Assembly: GCA_041484255.1 (NCBI GenBank)
Contig: JBGPHE010000001.1
Span: forward strand, 6,240 to 70,239
Direction of reading: 5' to 3'
DNA from: Candidatus Nanoarchaeia archaeon
GTDB taxonomy: Archaea; Nanobdellota; Nanobdellia; Woesearchaeales; ARS49
Length of the DNA: 64,000 bases
Shown: positions 56,901 to 64,000 of the stretch, in pieces
Position numbering within the stretch: the stretch's first letter is position 1
Layout: every line of letters starts with the position of its first letter
Position numbers and translations under genes: made by a program
The notes under the pieces: generated by a model
Told to the model about the DNA's origin: nothing
Database searches by the model: none
Seen by the model: only the letters and a program-made list of their open reading frames with translations

Positions 56901-59900
56901 ATCCGCACGAACGGCACATCCATAACCCAAGGCATCCGGCTGGAAAGCGTCGTCGGCAACAACACGGTCGCGAACAATAATATCACGGTGAGGGCTTCGG
57001 GAACGCTCAACCACGGCATCTATATGCTCTCCACGGCGAACAACAACACCATCGCCAACAACACGATCGACATCAGGGGCGGCACGACCACCAACAACGG
57101 CATCCGCGTGGAGGCAATCGCCAACAACAACACGCTCAACAACAATACCATCACCATCGCGATGATGTCCGGCAGCGACAACTACGGCATCTATTTGTTT
57201 AACGCCGCGTTCAACAACATCGTCATCAACAATACGGTGAATACCAGCGGAACCACCAGCAACATCGGCATCTTCCTCTTCACCAATGTCGGCAACGCGA
57301 TCATCGCGAACAACAGCATCCAGACCAATGGCAGCAGCATCAATTACGGCATCTATATGGTCACGCAGGCGGACAACACCACCATCGACAACAACATCAT
57401 CACGACTGCGGGCGCCGACAGCTACGGCATCAGGATGGACAACAGCCGCGGCAACAACATCACGCGCAACAATATCACCGGCGCGCAGTATGACGGCTTG
57501 TTCATCGAAGGAACCGACATCACGCACTTCACGAACAACACGATCACCAGCTCAAACACCATCAACGGCTCGCCCATCTTCTATTACGGCGGCGCATACG
57601 ACTCGCCCGCGTGCCCGAACAACCAGCAATTGCTCGTCAACAACACCGCGTCGCACATCGACTTCCTGCGATGCAACAACGTCACGCTGACAAACTACAC
57701 CAGCATGGAGGTCTTGTCGCTCATCAACACGAGCAACATGACGATTACCCAAATCCAGCAGCGCAGCAGCAAGTACGGCATCCGCGTGTTCTTCACGACC
57801 GGCCCGAACACTATCAGCAACAGCAACATCACCGCGTCGAACACGACGGTCACGGACAACTACGGCATCTTCGTGTCGGTCGCAGGCAACACGACCATCA
57901 TCGGCAACAACGTCACCACGATGAGCGCACTGGCGAACAACCACGGCATCTACCTCGTCACCAATGTCACCAACAACACGGTCGCGAACAACATCGTGAA
58001 CACGACCGGCACGAGCAACAACAACGGCATCCGCGTGGAAGGCAATGGCAACAACAACACGATTGTGAATAACTCAGTCAACACGAAGGGCTCGGGCGCG
58101 AGCAACTACGGCATCGTCCTGTTCAACACCGCGTCCGGCAACATGGTGCTGAACAACACCGTCAGGGTGAACGGAAGCAGCAGCAACTTCGCAGTCTATG
58201 TCATCACCCAAGCGAGCAACAACACCATCGCCAACAACAACATCACCGCCGACGGCCCGAGCGGCAGCAACATAGGCATCCGCCTCGAGGGCGCGGGTGG
58301 CAACGTGCCGCCGATCACGAACAACCTCATCGCGAACAACACGATTGCGGTGCTTCCGCAGAGTGCCAGCACCAACTTCGGCATCTATCTTATTACGGTT
58401 GTCTCGAATAATGTTATCACCAACAACACTATCCGCATAAACGGCACGAGCAACGACAGGGGCGTTCAGCTGGATAACACCGTCAGCAACAACACCATCG
58501 CAAACAACAATATCACCATGCGCACGACCGGCAGCGGCAACATCGCAGTCTATATCGTCACCGCCTCGCACAACAACACCGTCGCGAACAACAGCATCAC
58601 GATGTCGGGCTACGCGAACAGCAATCAGGGCATCCGCCTCGAGAGCACAGTCACCAACACCACCATCGCGAACAACACCATCTTCATGAACCAGTCGACG
58701 TCGAGCGACAACTACGGCATCCACTTCTTCAACACCGTCTTCAACAACAGCGTCACCGGCAACACCATCTTTGTCAACGCGACGACGAACGTGTACGGCA
58801 TCCTGCTCCAAAACACTGTCGGCAGCAGCTTCTTCGACAACAACAACCTCGCCACGCAAGGCACGACGCCCGGCTACGGCGTCTTCCTCTTAACCACGTC
58901 CACGGGGTCGTTCTTCAACCGCACAGTCCTGAACAACCCGACAGACTGGCTTGACGCAGACTCCACGTCGGCAGGAAACTTCACCAACACGACATTCCAG
59001 CAGCCGAACGGCAGCATCGCCATCCCCGGCAGGTTCCAATTCAACAACTCGGTGCTCCTGAAGAACAAGCTCAACATCAGCGCGAACAAGGCGTTCCTCA
59101 ACAGCACTGCCTTCGCCATCCTGAACCAGACGGGCATCATCACGCTGAACGGCGTGAACTCCAGCCAGCCGCGGCCCACCGCGGACTTCGATACCGGAAC
59201 GTTCGTCGACTGCCCCGCGACGCAGTGCACCGTCCTGAACTTCGCCAATAACGTCCTCACGTACAACACGACCGGCTTCACGACCTATTCCTGGGCGGAG
59301 AACGGGCTCAATATCTCGTTCACGAAGACCGACAATCCCGACCCCGTGAGCCCGGGCACGACGCTGAATTACACCATCACGTTCATGGTCAACACGGGCA
59401 ACGCGAGCAATGTCACGGTGACCGACCAGTATCCTGCACAAGTTATCTTCCTCAGCGCGCAGCCGTCGCCGCTCGCGGGAACGAACGACACGTTCATCGT
59501 CGGCAACCTCACGAACGGGACGAGCTTCAGCGTCAACATCAGCACGCAGGTGCTCGGCAATGCCGCGGGCCTGCGCCTCAACAACACCGCGAATGCCTCA
59601 TTCCAGAACGAGACCGGCGCGGCGCGCACGGTGAACGTGACCGAGGCCACCACCGTCCTCTCCATACCGACCATTGCGCAGGTCATCCTGAACACCACCA
59701 ACCCGCTCACGAACGACACCAACCAGAACCTGACCCTGTTCATCATCAACTCCTCCGATCCGGATAATGACATCACCAGGAACATCACCGACTGGCGCAG
59801 GAACGGCACGAGCATCGCGGTGACGAACTTCCCGTTCGAGACCAACACGAGCAGCACCGCCTCGAGCGCCATCCGCGACTACAGCACGTACCGGGCGAAC

Positions 59901-62900
59901 GCCACGCTGGGCTCGGGCGCGCAGACGCCGACCTGGAACCTCTCCGGACCGCTGGGCGGCGCGTACAGCTTTGACGGCAATGACTTCCTGACCTCTCCGA
60001 CTCCCACGCCCACCCTGCCGCTGACGTTCGAGTTCTGGGTGAAGCCCGCCACGAGCACGCCGGTCGGCATCTTCGACACCGCGCCGAACGTGGCTGCCGT
60101 GCTCCGCAACTTCCCCGGCGGCTCGGTCGAATGGCACAGCGGCGACCCGTCGGTCAGCCTCGGCCTGACCGCAGGCGCGTGGCAGCACTTGGTCCTGATT
60201 TTCAGCTTCGACACCAACCGCCACATCACGTACTACCGCAACGGCGTGCTGAACCTGACCGCGAACGGCAGCGCGAGCAGCGGCTTTGCGTGGAGCAACC
60301 CCATCCGCTTCGGCGACATCAACAACGGCGGCGCGGGAACGTACACCGGCGAAATAAGCGAGATCCGCATCTACAACCGCTCGCTCACGGCGTCGGAAGT
60401 GCAGAAACTCTACGTGGAAGGCAATGCGAGCATCTACCCGCTCACGATAACGGGCGGCAACACCATCGCCGGCGACAACTGGAGCGCGTGCGCGACGCCG
60501 AACGACAACAACCTCACCGGCTCATTCGGCGATGGCACGACCGTGTGCAGCGGCACCGTGACCATCAATGCCGTGCAGAACGCGAGCTACAGCTCGCCGG
60601 TCATCGCGCAGGTCATCCTGAACACGACCACTGTCGCGCTGAACGACACCAACCAGAACCTGACGCTGTTCATCATCAATGAGACCAGCGCGACCAACCT
60701 CGCGGTGCAGAACATCACGGACTGGCGGCTGTTCAACAGCAGCGTTTATACAAACAATGGCAGCATCGCATTCCTGAACCTGCCCTTTGAGACCAACCAG
60801 AGCGGCAACGTGACCGCAGGAGCCATCCGCGACTACAGCACGTTCGGCAGCAACGCGACGCTGGGCGACGGAAGCGCAGCCGCGGCCCCTGTCTGGAACA
60901 ACACCGACCGCATTGGCGGCGCGTACCGCTTTGACGGCAGCAACGACTTCATCACCGTTCCGGACAGCCCGCTCTGGGCATACGGCACGAGGAACTTCAC
61001 CATTGACCTGTGGGTGAACTTCAACGCGGTCAACGGCGGCGGCTTCTCGAGCATCCCGAACGTGTTTATCGCGCAGGATGACGGCGGCGGAGCCACCAAC
61101 AAGTGGATTTTCTCGCTCGGCGGCGGCGTGCTCAACCTACACATCAACAACCCAGGCCAAGGCGTGAGCGTCTTCCTCGCGCAGGCGCCGTTCTCGCCCG
61201 TGCTCAACCAATGGTACCACATCGCAATCCGCAGGGACGCGACGAATTTCACCACGTTCATCAACGGCACGGCTGCCGCGTCGGAAGTGAACACCGTCGC
61301 AGTACCTGACGCGAGCGCCAAGGTCACCATCGGCGAGTCCGAGGGCACCGGCTTCATCAACGCCGAGCTGGACGAAGTCCACATCTGGAACCGCTCGCTC
61401 ACCGACGCCCAGATCGCGGACATTTTCCGCGAGGGCAATGCCACGAACAAGCACCGCATCCAGACATTCATCAGCAACGAGACGCGCGCCGGCGACATAT
61501 GGCAGTCCTGCGTGACGCCGAATGACAACATCACGGACGGCAACACGACGTGCAGCAACAACGTGACCGTCAACGCAGTACAGAACGCGAGCAATGTCGC
61601 CCCTGCTATCGCGCAGGTCATCCTGAACACGACAAATGTCACGCTGAACGACACCAATCAGAACCTGACCTTATTCATCATCAACGAGACTGCGGGAAGC
61701 AACCCTGCAATTACGAACATCACTGCATGGAGCGTCAACAATAGGTCGTACTTCCTGCTGAACACGCCGTTCGAGGCGACTATCAGCAACAGCACGTTCA
61801 TCAAGGACTACGCGCTGGGCAACAACGGAACGAACTACAGCGGCACGACGCCCACGCTCAACGCAACCACTGGCCCGGACGGCTTTGGCGCGGTCAACTT
61901 CAGCGGCACGACCAACCAGTTCTACAACTTCGGAAGCAATGACGCGTTCCGCCCGCCCGCCAAGATTTCGCTCGAGGCGTGGGTAAATGTCACCACGTTT
62001 GTCGAATTCGCAGGCATCGTGAGCACGGTCTTTGACAGCGGCGCGGTCGAGAGCGGCTACGGCCTGCTGACGCACAGCGGCGGTTCCATTTACTTTGTGC
62101 TCGCTCCCGAAGGCTCAGGCATCGTCTACCTCACCGCACCTGCATCGTCGCTGACCGCGAACCGATGGGCGCACGTGGTCGGCACGTATGACGGCCTCAC
62201 GATGCGTCTCTATGTGGACGGCGTGCAGGTTGCGACCCAGGCGACGAACACGAAGATCGACTACAATCCGCTCAACAACCTGACCATCGGCGCGTACAAG
62301 GACGACGACGAGTTCTACGGATTCAATGGCGTCATCGCGCAGGTGCGCGTCTGGAACGCCACGCTGAACGATTCGCAGGTCGCGCTGCTTAACAACACGC
62401 GGCTGGATAACGCGCGTGTCGACACGCTGGTGGGTGCACAGCTCCTGCAGGGACAGGTCTGGCAGTCGTGCGTCACGCCCAATGACCGCAGCGCGGACGG
62501 CAACGCGACGTGCAGCAACAACCTGACCGTCGCGACGCACACGCTGAACTACACGCAAGTCATCCTCAACACGACCAATGTCGCGACGAACGACACCAAT
62601 CAGAACCTGACGCTCTTCGTCATCAACGCGAGCGATTCCAGCGCGAGCCCCATCCAGAACATCTCGGACTTCCGCCGCAATGGCACGAGCATCGCGTTCG
62701 TGAACCTGCCGTTCGAGACCAACACCAACCTGACGCAGGGCGGCAATATCCGCGACTACAGCTCGTTCAACAACCCCATCTCGCTGGGCAATAGCTCAGT
62801 CTTCGCGACGCCGTTCTGGAACAGCACCGCGAAAGTCGGCGGCGGCTACCGGTTTGACGGAGCGAACGATTTCCTCGAGACAGACAACCTCGACATCGGC

Positions 62901-64000
62901 AACAACTTCACGGTCGAACTGTGGATCTTGCCGCAGAGTGCGGGCGCGTTCCAGCACCTCGTGTCCAATGCGTTCGGCGCATCAAATTACGGCGCGCTCT
63001 ATTTCAATGCAGACCACTTAGATTACTACCAAGGCAGCTCCTCACGAGTGACCACTGCAGGAGGAACCATCGGCCAGAACGCCTGGACGCACGTCGCGCT
63101 TGTGTACAACGGAAGCATAGCAACTCTTTATCTGAACGGAACAACAGCCGGAACGAGCGCGGCGTTCACCACGACGTTCAACAACTCCGTGCGCATCGGC
63201 CAGGCAATCCCCTTCGAGTCCGCATACTTCACCGGCTTCATGGACGAGGTGAAGATCTACAACCGCGCATTGAGCGTCGAGCAGATCCGTCAGGACTTCG
63301 TGCTCGGCAACGCGAGCCTGCGCTCGACCGTCATCGCGCGCAATGAGACCATCGCAGGGGACATCTGGACTGCGTGCGCGACGCCGAACGACAACTTTAC
63401 CGATGGCGGCACGTTCTGCAGCAATAACGTGACCATCAATCCAGTGCAGAACGTGACCGTGAACAATAGCGCCCCATCCATCGCGCAGGTCATCCTGAAC
63501 ACGACGAACGTCTCAAGCAATGACACCAACCAGAACCTGACTGTCTTCATCATCAACGCGACCGATGTGGACAATGACGTCGTGCAGAATATCACGGACT
63601 TCCGCAGGAACAACCTCAGCATCGCCATCATCAACTTCCCGTTCGAGACCAACACGAGCAACATAACCAATGCGTCGCTCCGCGACTACAGCACGTTCAA
63701 CAACAACGGCACGCTCGGCGGAGGAGCTGCGGCGTTCGTGCCGCGCTGGAACAACTCCGGCAGGCCGGGCGGCGCGTACGTCTTCGACGGCGTGGACGAT
63801 TATATCAACGTCTCCGACAGCACGTCGCTGGACAGCCTGCAGAACTTCACGCTTGAGTTCTGGCTGAGCCCGTCGCCGACCCAAGCTGCGTCCGCAAACA
63901 TCCTCAGAAAAGAAAGCAGCCCGTTCACGAACGGCTTCGGCATCGAGATGGACGGAACGCCGAACAGCAATACGTACATCGCGGGCTGGAAGGACGGCTC
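53955..64000 (+). CDS. Surface protein 4 (>3348 aa, 3'-truncated; not in ORF track): N-terminus paralogous to protein 3, long beta-helix, DUF11-like, at least 5 LamG units
   Basis: ATG 53955 (MRSKRAALSDRLLIGLVLLAG...) with GGGGTGAG upstream; same frame reads coherently at 59220 and at the window end (...NTYIAGWKDG). Confidence 0.9.
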   Translation, partial: MRSKRAALSDRLLIGLVLLAGVFGIAVMLWGTGIITAPQFGSGAVTGSVVATPAASPITGMDAAAVVNEAPIYTGPASFSTPQDTALTIDLSQYFSDPEHDELSFSAAEEDQIAAAVDGSLLTLTPAAGFAGERTLTIVASDGVNVLRAPVKIVVEGTAAPEQPPAPAPSAPQPEPQPPAPVTQNATQPPEITTSDFTNPGFTSQDVITSCPATMNTSTVLTQSITSTTTCITFGADNIALDCAGFNITFGTGGGSANGIVARNRTNVTITGCTIRDTNAAGTFGIGINFTNVNNSLIVNTSVFTNGTNDDYGIYFVSNDSNNTVTNVSVFARGTSINNIGIYFITNANNNTVDNSTISGLSTANVNNHGVRIEAASSNNLFTNNTVRTNGSSSDFGFYLFNNVTLNTIANNNITADGTSGTNIGIRLEGSGNGGVNSNFIANNTIQTFPPGASNNYGIYLFTSVSNNIVTNNTVRTNGTSTNVGIRLESTASNNTVANNNITVRGTGSNNNGVLLTTTANNNTVANNTIDMRAGTTTNDGILLQTTANNNTISNNSIMIAQMSSTDNRGIVLFSTAFNNILVNNTINTTGTINNYGIVLSTNVGNTTIANNSIQTNGSSINYGIWLTAVSDNTTIANNLITTAGADSYGIRLDNSRGNNITGNNITSAQYDGLFIEGTDITHFTNNTITSSNTINGSPIFYYGGAYDSPACPNNQLLPVNGTASHIDFLGCNNVTLTNYTSIEVLTLVNTSNMTITQIQQRSSKYGIRVFFTTGPNNISFSNITASNTTVSDNYGVYLLVAGNTTIANNNVTTISALANNHGIYLLTNATNNTVANNIVNTTGTSNNNGIRVEGNGNNNTIVNNTVSTKGSSTNNYGIVLFNTASGNLVLNNTVRANGSSSDYGIYVITAASNNTVANNSITTDGTSGTNIGIRIEGANNVPVVNNLVANNLIQTFPPGANSNYGIQLVTVVSNNIITNNTIRTNGTSITQGIRLESVVGNNTVANNNITVRASGTLNHGIYMLSTANNNTIANNTIDIRGGTTTNNGIRVEAIANNNTLNNNTITIAMMSGSDNYGIYLFNAAFNNIVINNTVNTSGTTSNIGIFLFTNVGNAIIANNSIQTNGSSINYGIYMVTQADNTTIDNNIITTAGADSYGIRMDNSRGNNITRNNITGAQYDGLFIEGTDITHFTNNTITSSNTINGSPIFYYGGAYDSPACPNNQQLLVNNTASHIDFLRCNNVTLTNYTSMEVLSLINTSNMTITQIQQRSSKYGIRVFFTTGPNTISNSNITASNTTVTDNYGIFVSVAGNTTIIGNNVTTMSALANNHGIYLVTNVTNNTVANNIVNTTGTSNNNGIRVEGNGNNNTIVNNSVNTKGSGASNYGIVLFNTASGNMVLNNTVRVNGSSSNFAVYVITQASNNTIANNNITADGPSGSNIGIRLEGAGGNVPPITNNLIANNTIAVLPQSASTNFGIYLITVVSNNVITNNTIRINGTSNDRGVQLDNTVSNNTIANNNITMRTTGSGNIAVYIVTASHNNTVANNSITMSGYANSNQGIRLESTVTNTTIANNTIFMNQSTSSDNYGIHFFNTVFNNSVTGNTIFVNATTNVYGILLQNTVGSSFFDNNNLATQGTTPGYGVFLLTTSTGSFFNRTVLNNPTDWLDADSTSAGNFTNTTFQQPNGSIAIPGRFQFNNSVLLKNKLNISANKAFLNSTAFAILNQTGIITLNGVNSSQPRPTADFDTGTFVDCPATQCTVLNFANNVLTYNTTGFTTYSWAENGLNISFTKTDNPDPVSPGTTLNYTITFMVNTGNASNVTVTDQYPAQVIFLSAQPSPLAGTNDTFIVGNLTNGTSFSVNISTQVLGNAAGLRLNNTANASFQNETGAARTVNVTEATTVLSIPTIAQVILNTTNPLTNDTNQNLTLFIINSSDPDNDITRNITDWRRNGTSIAVTNFPFETNTSSTASSAIRDYSTYRANATLGSGAQTPTWNLSGPLGGAYSFDGNDFLTSPTPTPTLPLTFEFWVKPATSTPVGIFDTAPNVAAVLRNFPGGSVEWHSGDPSVSLGLTAGAWQHLVLIFSFDTNRHITYYRNGVLNLTANGSASSGFAWSNPIRFGDINNGGAGTYTGEISEIRIYNRSLTASEVQKLYVEGNASIYPLTITGGNTIAGDNWSACATPNDNNLTGSFGDGTTVCSGTVTINAVQNASYSSPVIAQVILNTTTVALNDTNQNLTLFIINETSATNLAVQNITDWRLFNSSVYTNNGSIAFLNLPFETNQSGNVTAGAIRDYSTFGSNATLGDGSAAAAPVWNNTDRIGGAYRFDGSNDFITVPDSPLWAYGTRNFTIDLWVNFNAVNGGGFSSIPNVFIAQDDGGGATNKWIFSLGGGVLNLHINNPGQGVSVFLAQAPFSPVLNQWYHIAIRRDATNFTTFINGTAAASEVNTVAVPDASAKVTIGESEGTGFINAELDEVHIWNRSLTDAQIADIFREGNATNKHRIQTFISNETRAGDIWQSCVTPNDNITDGNTTCSNNVTVNAVQNASNVAPAIAQVILNTTNVTLNDTNQNLTLFIINETAGSNPAITNITAWSVNNRSYFLLNTPFEATISNSTFIKDYALGNNGTNYSGTTPTLNATTGPDGFGAVNFSGTTNQFYNFGSNDAFRPPAKISLEAWVNVTTFVEFAGIVSTVFDSGAVESGYGLLTHSGGSIYFVLAPEGSGIVYLTAPASSLTANRWAHVVGTYDGLTMRLYVDGVQVATQATNTKIDYNPLNNLTIGAYKDDDEFYGFNGVIAQVRVWNATLNDSQVALLNNTRLDNARVDTLVGAQLLQGQVWQSCVTPNDRSADGNATCSNNLTVATHTLNYTQVILNTTNVATNDTNQNLTLFVINASDSSASPIQNISDFRRNGTSIAFVNLPFETNTNLTQGGNIRDYSSFNNPISLGNSSVFATPFWNSTAKVGGGYRFDGANDFLETDNLDIGNNFTVELWILPQSAGAFQHLVSNAFGASNYGALYFNADHLDYYQGSSSRVTTAGGTIGQNAWTHVALVYNGSIATLYLNGTTAGTSAAFTTTFNNSVRIGQAIPFESAYFTGFMDEVKIYNRALSVEQIRQDFVLGNASLRSTVIARNETIAGDIWTACATPNDNFTDGGTFCSNNVTINPVQNVTVNNSAPSIAQVILNTTNVSSNDTNQNLTVFIINATDVDNDVVQNITDFRRNNLSIAIINFPFETNTSNITNASLRDYSTFNNNGTLGGGAAAFVPRWNNSGRPGGAYVFDGVDDYINVSDSTSLDSLQNFTLEFWLSPSPTQAASANILRKESSPFTNGFGIEMDGTPNSNTYIAGWKDG
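55104..58800 (+). repeat. Tandem intragenic repeat of 1524-bp period (about 2.4 copies)
   Basis: Equivalent positions 55104/56628/58152; identical 103-bp block at 55957-56059 and 57481-57583. Confidence 0.9.
59667..64000 (+). repeat. Five Ig-frame/LamG units (last truncated)
   Basis: QVILNTT...NQNLT starts near 59667, 60597, 61602, 62555 and 63474. Confidence 0.85.

Noticed and set aside
56001..57533. Additional HFT tripeptides (DITHFTNN) in protein 4
   Set aside because: They sit in a beta-helix insertion (..SNTINGSPIFYY) without the preceding Cys pair and module context, so they were not counted as cleavage sites
23914..64000. Numerous long minus-strand and off-frame ORFs (MLL/VVL-rich or R/S/T-rich) in the ORF track
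   Set aside because: Shadow frames of the Asn/Thr-rich, GC3-biased giant genes; no independent motifs or starts
36739..64000. Possible diversity-generating retroelement suggested by AAC-rich near-duplicate repeats
   Set aside because: No reverse transcriptase or non-coding template repeat in the window; differences between copies are mainly synonymous and not adenine-specific

Overview
This window looks like a GC-rich DPANN archaeal chromosome, most likely Woesearchaeota-like. That call is inferred from archaeal GluRS, thermosome, Spt5, SecE, Rpp21 and a histone, BRE/TATA promoters before most genes, and bacterial-type GAPDH/PGK. Bases 1-23.5 kb are mostly housekeeping genes: gltX, thermosome, cmk, FKBP PPIase, ftsZ-secE-spt5-rpl11, a NOP2/RsmB methyltransferase, a PyrE-PyrF fusion, gap-pgk and rpp21. 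Two AT-rich foreign-looking genes interrupt them, and a 54-aa histone-fold gene is missing from the ORF track. From 23.6 kb to the end is a >40 kb same-strand locus of four giant, sequon-rich surface proteins of 1104, 3168, ~5598 and >3348 aa; the last runs off the window and is absent from the ORF track. They share a kit of modules: beta-helix, DUF11-like, LamG inserted in an Ig-like frame, Gly-rich repeats, a TSP1-like Cys/Trp module, a membrane anchor and a coiled-coil tail. Two carry N-terminal enzymes (a phosphodiesterase-family domain and a subtilisin). A ~110-aa module ending in C..C..F-N/T-x-S/T-H-F-T recurs 8 times, plus 2 His-less copies, and resembles GAIN/GPS and Nup98/PIDD HF|S autoproteolysis sites. 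Each of the two apparent transcription units starts with a palindromic operator-like site and a tiny putative regulator gene. No rRNA, tRNA, CRISPR array, transposase or reverse transcriptase was recognised. All family calls come from motif recognition by eye, not database searches.
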